From contig JAJPII010000029.1 in NCBI GenBank assembly GCA_021324825.1, forward strand, positions 15,825 to 79,824: a stretch of DNA of 64,000 bases. Reading direction: 5' to 3'. The position numbers were made by a program, and so were the translations under genes. The DNA comes from Spartobacteria bacterium. Lineage in GTDB: Bacteria > Verrucomicrobiota > Verrucomicrobiia > Chthoniobacterales > Chthoniobacteraceae. This document shows positions 17,455-28,900 of the stretch, one piece after another. Numbering within the stretch: position 1 is the stretch's first letter; the number at the start of each line of letters is the position of its first letter. The notes beneath the pieces are model-generated. The model was not told the DNA's origin. It worked only from the letters and a program-made list of their open reading frames with translations, and did no database searches.

Positions 17455-19967
17455 GCGGAGGCGTCCAGGCAGGCTTGCAGACGCTCCGTCAGGACGGTGA
17501 GATTCGAATAAACGGTGATCGCGGTGAAATGCCCGCCCGGCACCACGTGGACGGTCAGGCGCCTTACCACCGTTTTCCAGTTGAAGGTCGGATCCTCGCA
17601 GCGGATGCCGGGGTCCGGCTCGCTTTGCCGCAGGAGAAAGACCTTCCCGTCATAACGCCGGGGGATGTAGGCGCAGACCGCTTCGCGATACGTCCGCGAA
17701 ACGTCGAACTTCTGTTCCACCGGCTCCCCGGGGGCTTCGCCCGCCGGACGCGGGGCGAACAGCCTGCCGATGCGCCGGAGAATGCGCCCGGTTTTCCTCC
17801 GGATGCGGGCGAAGGCCGTGGCGGCGTCCGATTGCACGATATCGCGCAGGGCGGCCATGTGGTGGCGGAAGGAGGCGTTCGCGAAGATGCACGCCTGGCG
17901 CCATTTCAGGAAGAGCAACTGGCGGGAGCGGTCATTCATCCGGTGCATGCCGCCCCAGAGAGCCACGGCGGTGAGAAGCGGCTTGAACTGGATGTTGATC
18001 GCATCCACCAGGACGAGGATTAGGCAGGCGACTTTCTTTCCCTGCGCCTCCAGTTGCCGCGCCATCTCGAAGGCCACCAGGCCGCCGTTGCAGTAACCGC
18101 CCAGGTAGTACGGGCCGTCCTTCTGCATCTCGAACAGGATTTTCAGCCGGGAAGCGGCCATCGCCTCTATCGTCTCGGGCGCGGGCCGTCCGTCCCAGCC
18201 GTGGGGGTCGATCTTGTAGAAAGGGCGGTCTTTCCTCATGCGGCGGGCCAGGTTTATACAGTAGAGGCCGCCGTCCAGGAAATCGCCGTGCAAAAAGAAA
18301 AACGGCGGCTTCGTCCCCTCGGCCTGCACCTTGGTCACGGCGAAGAACTCCGAAAGGTGCTCGATGGTCGCGCCGTGGGACAACGCATCGGGCGTCAATT
18401 TGCGGCCGATGATCTTCTCGACCCGCGCGCACATCGTGGCGGCCAGGGCCGGGCTGCCTCCCAATTGGAAAAAATCGTCGGTTATCCCAACGGGGCGCGC
18501 GTGGAGGAGGTCTTCCCATATCTCGACGAGACGCTCCTGCATCCAGCCTTGCGGCGGGATGCAGGGGCGGTCGCGCGGCGGGGTTCCGTCGGCCTCGCCC
18601 GGAGCAAGGCGGCGTCCCCTGCCCGTCACGAGAAGCGGCAGTTCGGAAAGGCGGGCGTGCGGCGCGGCGACGACGGCTTCCAGCAAGCCGTTGAAATGCG
18701 TGCCGATGAGCCGGATGCGCTCGGCGTCAAAGATGTCGGTATTGTAGTTGAGGGCGCCGTCGATCCCGTCGGCGCGTTCGGAGAGCGAGAGCGTCAATTC
18801 GTATTTCGCCACGGGGCTGTCGATGGAGACGGGAGAGAGGGTCAGGTTTCCCATGGGCCGGCCGGAACGCGGCGCCGCGCGCAGGGAAAAGAGCGCACGG
18901 CAGGGCGGGATGGAATCGGCTTCCTCCAGGAGCATCTCGCACGGAAGGTCCTGGTTATCGTAAGCGCCCTGGACGGTGTCGCGCACCCGGCCAAGGAAGT
19001 CGGCGAAGCGGGGATCGCCCGCAAGGCTCGTCCTGAGCAGCAGGGTGTTTTCAAAGAGCCCGATGAGACCTTCCACGCCCGGCTGCGACCGGTTCGCCAC
19101 GGGCGAGCCGACGACGATGTCCTCCTGGCCGCTGTACCGGGAGAGGAGAGAATAGAACGCCGCCAGGAGCAGGGAAAACAACGTGACCCCCTGCTCTCTT
19201 CCCAGCGCGCGCAAGTCCTCCACCAGGGCCGCGGTCAGATCGAACCGCTCCGTAGCGCCCTGGAAATCCCGCTGGACGGGACGCGGGTGATCGGAAGGCA
19301 ACTGGAGCGCGGGCGCGCCGCGCAGGCGTTCTTTCCACCAGGCGAGTTGCCTGGTTATCTCCTCGTTCTGCACCGCGGCGCGCTGCCATTCCGCGAAATC
19401 CCCGTATTGGATCGGGAGTTCCGGCAGCGGGGAAGGCAGGCCCGCGTCGAACGCCTCGTAGAGCGCGGCCAGCTCGCGTTCCAGGACTTCGCGCGAAGCC
19501 GCGTCGGTAATGATCTGGCTGCTGTTGACCAGGAGGATGTGTTCGCGCTCGTCCAGGCAGAGGAGCCGCGCCCGGAACAACGGCGCCTCCCGCAGGTCGA
19601 ACGGGGTCTGCACTTCCTCGTCAATGAGCCGCTCGGCCTCGGCGCGCCGCTTTCCGGCGTCGAGGATGCGCAGATCGACGGCGGGCAGGAGAAGGGGCTT
19701 CGGCGGGAAGACGAGTTGAACCGGCCTCCCCTCGACGGAATTGAAGGCGGTGCGGAGGATTTCATGCCGGCGCGCGATTTCGGAGATCGTCTTCTCAAGG
19801 GCCGGGACGTTCAGCGGCCCTTCGAGGCGGAAGGCTTCCGGCATGTTGAAGGGAGCCGACCAGAGGCGCTGCTGCGGGTAGGAGGCGGCGAAGACAAAAA
19901 TGTCCTCGGTGTTCGCGTCGGCCACTCCGCCCGTCCATTGATGGGACGAAAGATCGGGGCGGCTCAT
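17451..19967 (-). CDS. NRPS release protein: degenerate condensation-like domain, degenerate carrier-like domain, thioesterase with Cys nucleophile
   Basis: 838 aa.
- C-like domain, aa 20-445 (nt 18633-19910): C1 motif YPQQRLW is present, but the C3 motif reads SQIITDAAS (nt 19494-19520) instead of HHxxxDG.
- Carrier-like domain, aa 475-545 (nt 18333-18545): DDFFQLGGSPALAA, so Pro sits at the canonical Ser position.
- Alpha/beta TE, aa 553-830 (nt 17478-18311): FFFLHG, nucleophile elbow GYCNG (Cys626 = TGC at 18090-18092), GGHFT His813. Confidence 0.85.
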   Translation of the reverse strand: MSRPDLSSHQWTGGVADANTEDIFVFAASYPQQRLWSAPFNMPEAFRLEGPLNVPALEKTISEIARRHEILRTAFNSVEGRPVQLVFPPKPLLLPAVDLRILDAGKRRAEAERLIDEEVQTPFDLREAPLFRARLLCLDEREHILLVNSSQIITDAASREVLERELAALYEAFDAGLPSPLPELPIQYGDFAEWQRAAVQNEEITRQLAWWKERLRGAPALQLPSDHPRPVQRDFQGATERFDLTAALVEDLRALGREQGVTLFSLLLAAFYSLLSRYSGQEDIVVGSPVANRSQPGVEGLIGLFENTLLLRTSLAGDPRFADFLGRVRDTVQGAYDNQDLPCEMLLEEADSIPPCRALFSLRAAPRSGRPMGNLTLSPVSIDSPVAKYELTLSLSERADGIDGALNYNTDIFDAERIRLIGTHFNGLLEAVVAAPHARLSELPLLVTGRGRRLAPGEADGTPPRDRPCIPPQGWMQERLVEIWEDLLHARPVGITDDFFQLGGSPALAATMCARVEKIIGRKLTPDALSHGATIEHLSEFFAVTKVQAEGTKPPFFFLHGDFLDGGLYCINLARRMRKDRPFYKIDPHGWDGRPAPETIEAMAASRLKILFEMQKDGPYYLGGYCNGGLVAFEMARQLEAQGKKVACLILVLVDAINIQFKPLLTAVALWGGMHRMNDRSRQLLFLKWRQACIFANASFRHHMAALRDIVQSDAATAFARIRRKTGRILRRIGRLFAPRPAGEAPGEPVEQKFDVSRTYREAVCAYIPRRYDGKVFLLRQSEPDPGIRCEDPTFNWKTVVRRLTVHVVPGGHFTAITVYSNLTVLTERLQACLDASA

Positions 19968-22900
19968 AGAGTCGCCCGCGTGACGCGCCTTGCCGCGCGC
20001 GAGATTCCCACGATGGGCGGAAGCGCCTTGCGTCCGCCGGCGGTTTCCGGCTTCGCGGCAAACGGGTTCTCATAACCGAACTCGGAGGCCATGTTCCAGG
20101 TGGCGGCGCTTAGGAAGTCTTCCGCGTATTCGGCCTTCCATTGGTCGGCGACGTCGGGGCGGACTTCGTTGAACTTCAGGAAATTATGATCCCCCACTTG
20201 CGGCGAGAGCGGATGTATCCCGTCGGTCATCTTCTTCTGCTTGTCCTTGTACGGCTCGATCATCCCCGGGTGAAACGCGATTCCCAGGAACCGGCAGACG
20301 GCTTCCATCGCCGGCCGCGGGTCGCCCACGATGTCTTCAAACCGCACCCGATGCCGCCGCTGCGCCGGGATGCCCGAAAGAAACTCGCGGATGTTTTGAT
20401 GGGAGATCAGCCAGGTCAGCTCGCCCAGCCGCCGGGCGGAGAAATTCTGTTTATGCCGGTACGGAGATTCGAGGATGAACCGCCCTTTCTCATAGGAACG
20501 GATCATGCCCAGCGGGTGGCGAAGCAGGTGGATGTAGAGCGCGTCGTCGAACCACTCCTCGGCGCGCCGGAGGACGTCGAGGTCCATGGCGTAGTCGGGC
20601 GATTTGTCCACCAGAACCTTCGGGGCCACCCACTCCTGCATCTGCCGGTAGAACTCCTGCACGGAAGAGCCCGCGTTTTCCAGTTCCTCCATGATCCTGC
20701 CCGCCTCGTCCATGTCGCACCCCTTTATCTCCATGACGGCGCGCAGGACGCCCTCGAGCATGTATTTGTCGTAGCCGGTATAGACCTTCTTGCGCGTCGC
20801 GAGGTTCTGGAACCCCAGGAGCTGCAATTCCGGCGGGGCGAACAACGCCGGGTTGCCCGCGAGCATTATCCTGCACAGGGTCGAGCCGGAACGCATCGGG
20901 CTGAGAATGAAGACGGCGCGCGGATTTTTCCTCTTCGCGGGGACGGCGGCGGATTCGACCGGGCGGACGGACTGGACGATGAGGCGCAACTTCTCTTCAT
21001 CCCCTCCCCCGGCGGACTCGGGCGCTTTCGTCTCCGGCGCGGTTCCGAAAACCCGGCGGACGCTCTTCTCGTAATTCGTCTCCAACAAGCCGGAAAGCTC
21101 CGCGAGCGTCGGCGCTTCGAAAAGGACGACCAGGGCGACGTGTTCATCCAGCAAAGCCTGGAGCTTTTGGACGAACCGCAATCCAAGGAGGGAGTTGCCC
21201 CCCATCTCGAAGAAGTTTTCATGTAATCCTATGCGGTCCAGGCCGAGGTTCTCTTTCCACATCTCCGCGAGCTTCGCCTGGAGCGGGGTCAGCGCCGCTT
21301 CCGCGGTCTCCCGGAAGACGGCGGCCGCGGGCGCGGGCAGGGACCGGCGATCCACCTTGCCGTTGGCGGTCAGCGGCAGCGCCTTTAGCGAGACGAAGGC
21401 GGAGGGGATCATGTATTCGGGGAGATGATGCTTGAGGGCGCTCCTCAAAGCGGTCGAGAGGTCTTCTCCTTCGTTTTTCGGGACGACGTACGCCACGATC
21501 CGCTTGTCCCCCACCCTGTCCTCGCGGGCGAGGACGACCGAGTCCTTGACCAAGGGCTGCCGCTCGAGCGCGGCGTTGATCTCGTCCAGCTCGATCCGGA
21601 ACCCGCGGACCTTTACCTGGAAGTCGATGCGCCCCATGTAAAGGATGTTGCCGTCCGTTGTCCACTTCGCGAGATCGCCCGTGCGATAAAGCCGGCCTCC
21701 GGGGCTGAACGGATCGGGGATGAATTTCTCGTTCGTCAGTTCGGGCCTGCCCCAGTAACCGCGCGCGAGGCCCGCGCCTCCTATATATAACTCCCCCGCC
21801 ACGCCCACCGGCACGGGCTGAAGCCTGCCGTCGAGCAGATAGATGGCGGTGTTGGCTATGGGCCGCCCTATGGGCACGACTTCCGATTCCCGCCTGCAAG
21901 TCCAGTGCGTGACGTCGACAGAGGCCTCCGTCGGGCCATAAAGGTTGTGAAGCCGGGCGCGCAGGACGGAGAAAAACCGTTCCTGAAGATCATGGGAAAG
22001 CGCTTCGCCGCTGCAGATGACATCGCGCAGGGCGGCGCATTTCCCCGCGTCCCGCGCTTCGAGGAAAACGGCCAGCATGGGCGGGACGAAGTGGATGACG
22101 GTTATCCCCTCCCCCATGATCGTCGCGGCGAGGTAATCGCTGTCCTGGTGGCCGCCGGGCTTCGCCATGACCAGCCGCGCCCCCGCGAGCAAAGGCCAGA
22201 AGAACTCCCATACCGAAACGTCGAAACTGAACGGCGTCTTCTGAAGGACGCGGTCTTCCGCGCCGAGGCGGTACGCGTCCTGCATCCAGAGAAGGCGGTT
22301 GCAGATGCCGGAGTGCGTGTTCATGGCGCCCTTCGGCTTGCCGGTGGAACCCGAGGTGTAGATGACGTACGCCAGGTTCTCCGGCCTGGTTGCGGAGGTT
22401 GGCGCTTCGGTTGATTCGCGCGCGATGGCGGACCAGCCCGCGTCCAGGCAGACGACCTCCGCGGAGTGCGGGGGCAGGCTGAGGCGCTCCTGCGTCAGGA
22501 GAACGGGGATGCGCGCGTCGGCGATCATGAAGGCCAGGCGCTCCGGCGGGTAACCGGGGTCGAGCGGCACGTAAGCGCCCCCGGCCTTCAGGATGCCGAG
22601 CAGGCCGGTCACCATCTCCAGGGAGCGTTCCATGCAGACGCCGACCGGCGAATCGGGGCCGATCCCCTTCCCTTGCAGGTAACGCGCCAGCTGATTCGCC
22701 CGGCGGTCCAGCTCCCGGTACGTGAGGCTCTTCTTTTCGAAAACGACGGCCACGGCGTCCGGCGTCCGCCTCGCCTGTTCCTCGATGAGGCGGTGCAGGA
22801 GCGCGTCCTTGGGATAATCGACGCAGGTGTCGTTCCACCGGACGAGGATCTGGTTGCGCTCGACCTCGTTCAGGAGCGGGAGATCGCGCACGTCGCGCGC

Positions 22901-25900
22901 GGCGTCGGCGACGACTCCTTCGAGGATCGTCTTGAAATGGCCCAGCCAGCGCAGGACGGTTTCGGGGTCGTAAAGGTCGCTGTTGTGGTCGCACTCGATG
23001 TCGAGCGCGCCGTCCTTCTCGGCGGCGTTCAGGTAAAGCTCGGCCATCGCGGTCGTGGCGGGGCCGCGATACGGCACGTGGCGGGTCAGCAATTCGACGT
23101 GGAGGCCGTCGAGGTTCTTGCGGAACTCCCCGCTTTCGAAGTTGAAGATGGTCGAGAAAATCGGCGCGCGGGCGGGGTCGCGCGGCAGGCGCATCGCATC
23201 GAGCAGCCGCCCGAAGAAGTAGTTCTGGCGCTCGGAAGCGCCGAGCACGAGATTCTTCATGCCGGTCATGTAATCGGCGAACGGCGCCTTCCCGTCGATG
23301 CGGCTCCGTATCGGCAGGACGTTGGTCGTGTTCGCGAACAGGGACGGCCCGCCCTCGAGCGTGCGGACGTCATCCTCGAACGGAACGCCGATGACCACGT
23401 CATCCTGCCCGCTGAGGCGATGCAGCAGGACGCCGAACGCCGCGAGGAGCACGTTGAAAAGCGAACAGCGCCGCGCGGCGGCGGCATGCCTCAAAGCGCG
23501 CGTGAACTCCGCGTCGAGCGTCAGCGTCTGCCGCTGCCCGCGGAACGTCAGGAAGTTCGGGCGGGGACGGTCGGCGGGCAGTTCCAGGACGGGGACGCCG
23601 CCCTTGAATTGCGCCAGCCAGTACGCTTCCGCCTCGGCGGCGTCCTCGCGGCGCCGGGCGTCCCGCGCGATGAATTCGCTCAACTGCATCGCGGGCGGCA
23701 GCGTCTTCACGCCGGAGTAAAGCGCGCAGAGTTCCTCCAGGAAAACCCAGTAGGAAGGGCCGTTCCCCATAACGTGATGGAAGGTCAGCAGGAGCAAATG
23801 CTCCTTCTCGTTGACGTTCAAAAGAGCCGCGCGGAAAAACGGCCCTTTCAGCTTCTCGAAAAGTTCGTTCTCGATCGGGAAAAGAGCCTCGGGCTCTCCC
23901 GAAAGTTCGCGGAAATCGACTGTTCCGGCAGGAGCGATGTTCTGGGAGGAACCGTCCTCCGAAATCGTGGCGCGCAACGCTTCGTGGCGACCCGCCAGCG
24001 CCTGCAGGGCCGCGCGCAAAGCCGCGACATCCAGCGGGCCGCGAAGGCTGAGCGTAACCGATTCGTGATAGGCCCGCGCCGCCTGGTCATCCATGCCGGA
24101 AATCCATAAGCCCTGTTGCGCGGGCGTCAAAGGCAATGTGCGCGCGGCGGGGGTCTTCTCGTAGCGGCTCTTCAGTTCGCTTAGGGTTGTAAGGCTTTGC
24201 AGGACGGAACGAGTATCAATTCCGAAGTCGATGAAGCACCCCACCTCGTCCACTCCGATTCCCGCCAGGCGATCCATGACGCGCGCGCAGGAATCGGGCG
24301 TGCCGATCAGCGCCTTGCCCTCGACGTAATCCGTGAACGCAGTATCCAGGAGGTATTCGATGTCCGCGGGATCGACCTCGACCTGGCCGCCTTCGCTCTC
24401 CATTTTCTTGCGGCTGTTGTCCAGGAACGAACGGAGATATTCGCGGAGCGGCCCCCGCGCGGTCTCGCGGGCCGCCGCGAGGTCCGGGCCGACAAACGTG
24501 TGCAGGAGGATCGTCACATGGCCGGCGGCCGGGTCGTGCCCGTGCCGGACGAGGGAGTCGCGGTACAGGGCGATCTTTTCCGCGACCTCCTCCACCTTCT
24601 GGTTCATGAGGTAGCCGAGAACGCCGACGCCCATCTCGCCCGCCTTGACGAACGAGTCCGGGTGGATGCATGTGAGCCATATCGGAAGGTCCTTCCGCAT
24701 CGGCAGCGGGTGGAGCTTCACCTGCACGTCGTTGCCCGCGCCGCCCTTCATCGGGACGGCCTCCCCTCGCCAGAGCTTCCTGACCGTTTCCAGACCTTCG
24801 AAACAAAGCTCGCGCCGCCGGTCGAACGCCGCGGGAGCGAAGATGAAGTCGTTCGGATGCCAGCCCGAGGCGATGGAAAGCCCGGTGCGGCCCTTCGAGA
24901 GATTATCGACGACCGACCACTCCTCCGCGATGCGCGCGGGATGGTGCAGCGGGAAGACCACGCTGCCGCCCCGAAGCTGGATTTGCCCGGTCTCCCGCGC
25001 AAGGGCGGCGGCCAGCACGGAGGGATTCGGCGAAAACCCGCCCACCGCGTGGAAATGGCGTTCCGGCAGCCAGACGGCGGTGAACCCATGTTTGTCCGCG
25101 AATTTGGTTGCTTCAAAGAGGAGGTCGTATTTATCCGGCTGGAAGCCCGCCTCATAGTTGCCGAAGAAATAGAGGCTGAACTGCACCCCGGACTTCGCGG
25201 GTCCGGGTCTCGGAACGGGAGGAGCGACAGGAACCGGCTCCAGGCGAGGCGGAGGAGCGGGAGGGGTTTCCGATTCTTCGCCGGGAAGAAAACCTCCCGC
25301 CTTCATTTCCAGCACGCTCTCCTTGAACGCGCGGATGACGAACTCGACATCGGCCTCCGTATGCGCGGTCGAGAGGAAGCAGGGGCGGCCTTCCCAGACG
25401 TGGACGCCTTTTTCGCGCAGATGGAAGAAGAGCAGGCTCGGATACTTTATCTCCGGGCTGAAATCGAAATAGAAGAGGGAGCGGAACCAGATGATCCGCA
25501 GCGGCGCCTGCCGCTCCGCGAAGAAGGCGTTCAGCGTCCCGGCGAAACGCGCGGTTCGCGCGGCGAGTTCCTCCTGAAGGCCGGGGCCGGATTTCTTCAA
25601 ATGTTCGAGGATGGCGGACGCGGCGGCCATCGCGAGCGGATGGCGCACATAGGTGCCCGCGAAGAACGTCACGCCGACCTCGGGGAACGAGGCGTCGCCG
25701 TAATCCCACGCGCCGCCGTCCAGGGCGTCCATGTATTCCGCGCTGCCGCAGAGCGCGCCGATGGGCATGCCGCCGCCGATGATCTTCCCGTAGGTCGCCA
25801 GGTCGGCCCGGATGCCAAAGAGCGCCTGCGCCCCGCCCGGATGCGAACGGAACCCGGTGATGACCTCGTCGAAAATGAGCGCCGTTCCCGCTTCCTTCGT

Positions 25901-28900
25901 GATGCGCCGGACTTCCCTGAGAAAATCGACCGGCTGGATGTCGGGATGCCTGCTCTGCACCGGCTCGACAAGCACCGCCGCCAGTTCTCCCACGACCGAC
26001 TTCAATACCTCCAGCGAATGCGCGGCGCCCCATTCCAGGATGCAGACCTCGCTCACCGCGTGCGCCGGGATGCCGGGCGCGATCGGAACCGCGCGGTTGT
26101 CCGCGGCGGGGCGGACGAGAACCTCGTCGCAAATACCGTGGAAGGCGCCGGACATCGTGGCGATCTTCGTGCGGCCCGTGACGGTGCGGGCCAGCCGTAT
26201 CGCCGCGAGCACCGCTTCCGACCCGGTGTTGCAAAACGCGGCCCGCTCCATGCCGGTCAACTCGCACATCAGTTTGGCGACCTTCCCAGCGACGGACGAT
26301 TGCGGCCCGACCTCCACGCCGCGGTCAAGCTGCTCGCGGATGGCGTCCGTGACGAACGACGGCGAATGCCCGAGGATGTTGGTGCCGAACCCCATCGTGA
26401 CATCGACGTATTCGTTGCCGTCCACGTCCCACAGCCGCGCGCCCGACGAGCGGGTCGCCACAACCGGGTAAACCATCTCCTTCCAGAACGGCCGGAACCC
26501 CGCGACGGTGCGCGGATCGGCGAAGTGGCGGCGGTTCTCCTTGGTATAGCGCTTCGACCCCGGGGTGCGCTTCACGTAACGCGCGACGAGCGCGTCGAGA
26601 TGCGCCTGCTGGCGCGGCGTGAACCCCGCGCCCGCCGTCTTGTCGATCGGCTTGTAAGGGCCGAAGAACTTCGGTTTCTCAGGCTGGGAGGGATGCGCGG
26701 CGGGGACTTTAGGGGGAGGTTGTCCGCCGCGCATCGCCTCAATCTGTTTCGTCATCTCCTGCAACTGCCGGGCCATGCCGTCGAGCGCCGATTCCGCGGG
26801 CGCGGCGGGCGCGGGCGCCTGCTCGCGCGGCAACTGGGCGTCGAGGAAGTCCGCGATCGCGTCCAGTGAGGAGAGTTCTTCCAACAGTTGCCGGAAGGTT
26901 ATCTTGACGTTGAATTTTTTACGGAACGCCTGCGCCGCCTGCGTGAGGAAGAGCGAGTCGAATCCCAGTTCGAAAAAGCTCGCGGCGGGGTCCAGTTCGG
27001 AGCGGTCGCGGCCCGAGATATCCTTGAGGACATCCGTGAGCGTCGAGACGATCCCCTCCTTGCGGCCTGCCGTCGAGACGGCGGCTGCCGGTCCGGGCGC
27101 GCCCGGTTTTTCCACCGGCGCGGACGCATTCGGCGGCTCGACGTAATGTCGCGTCCTCTCAAAGGAATACGCGGGGAGATGAACCCGCCGCCGTTGTTCG
27201 CGCGCATGGAAACCGGCCCAATCCACCTGCGCGCCGTTCAGCCAAAGCTGGCCGAGGGCGCCCAGCATGGAAGCGGTCTCCCCGGACGCCGCGAGCGACG
27301 GGATGACAGCCTGCTCCTTCTTTTTGGCGGGATGCTGCCGGGCGAACGTCGCCAGCGACTGGCCCGGCCCCACTTCGAGAAGGACGCGCTCCGGCTCGCG
27401 GACGAGGGTTCCCATGCCGTCGAAAAAGCGGACCGTTTCGCGCAGATGACGCGCCCAATAGGCGGGGCTGGTCGCCTGCTCCGGCGTTATCCAGTCCGCG
27501 GTGAGATTCGAGATATACGGGATCGCGGGCGCGTGAAGGGGCGTCTTCCTCACCAGTTCGGTGAACGGCTCGAGGATGGGATCGAGCATGGCCGAATGGA
27601 ACGCGTGGGACGTGCACAACGGCTTGGAAGCGACGCCCGCCTCCTCCAGCTTCATCCGCAACGCCGCGAGGCGCGTTTCCGGGCCGGAAACGACGCAAAG
27701 CGAAGGGCCGTTCACGGCGGCTACCGCGACATCCTCCGCGAGCCAGGGACCGAGCTTCCCCTCTTCCAGCCGGACGGCGAGCATCGCGCCCGAGGGCAAT
27801 TCCTGCATGAGCCGCGCGCGCCGGGCAAGCAGGACGAGGCCGTCCTCGAGTGAAAAGACGCCCGCGAGGCAGGCGGCGACGTATTCGCCGACGCTGTGGC
27901 CGATCATGGCCTTGGGGCGGATGCCCCACGACATCCAGAGGGTCGCGAGCGCGTATTCCACGGTGAAAAGCGCGGGCTGCGTCACGGAGGTCTGGCCCAG
28001 CCGTTGCGCGGCTTCCGTCTCCGCGCCCTCGACAGGGAAAAGCGCCTCGCGCGGATCCGCGCCAAGGCTCTCGATGAGAATGCGGGAACAGCGGTCGATG
28101 GCTTCGCGGAAGACCGACTCGGTCCGGTAAAGCTCGCGGCCCATATTGACGTACTGGGTCCCCTGCCCCGGAAACAGGAAAACGACGGGCGGCTCGGCGG
28201 AAGGAGCCGTCTTCGTCATCCACTTCTCCGGGATCGCCGTGGAATTGGCGACAACCGCCCTGCGATGCGGAAATGCCTGCCGGCCCGTTTGCAACGTCCA
28301 CGCGGCATCCGCCAGGTTGGTTTCCGGATTGGCTTTCATGTAGCCGGTGAGATTCGCCGCGGCCCGGTCGAGCGCCGCTTCGCTCTTGGCCGAAAGGAGC
28401 AATAGCTGCGAGGAGCGCGAATGTGTCGCGGGGCCGGGATCGGGCGCTTCCTCCAGGACGACGTGGGCGTTCGTGCCCCCCACCCCGAACGAACTGACGC
28501 CCGCGCGGCGCGGCGTCGGGCCGGCCTTCCATTCGGCCAGCTTGCGGTTGACGTAGAACGGGCTGTTCGCGAAGTCGATGCGGGGATTCGGGGCCTCGAA
28601 ATGGAGGCTGGGCGGTATGAGCTTGTGGCGCAGCGAGAGCGCCATCTTTATAAGCCCGCAGACCCCGGCGGCGACTTCAAGATGGCCGACGTTCGTCTTG
28701 ACCGAGCCGATGGCGCAATGGCTCCCGCCGCGCGACCGGAACGCCTGGGTCAGCCCGGCGATCTCGATGGGGTCGCCCATCGGCGTGGCGGTGCCGTGCG
28801 CCTCGACGCAAGTGATCGACTCGGGCTGGAACCCCGCCATCTCCTGCGCCAGGGCTATCACCTCCGCCTGCCCCGAAGCGCTCGGCGCGGTGTAGCCGAC

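Noticed and set aside
18054-20075. 673-aa plus-strand ORF, antisense to the C*-T*-TE gene.
   Set aside because: Arg/Gly/Pro/Ala-rich with no motifs. It lies opposite a gene with clear NRPS motifs, so it is a typical shadow ORF of GC3-rich DNA. The same reasoning applies to 17475..18023, 19355..19798 and 20141..21226.
24197-26869. 890-aa plus-strand ORF (also 22466..24109, 26888..27853, 28421..30085, 29812..30870), antisense to the megasynthase and loading genes.
   Set aside because: Low-complexity R/G/E/A-rich translations without domains. The minus strand carries an uninterrupted, motif-rich 3268-aa frame.
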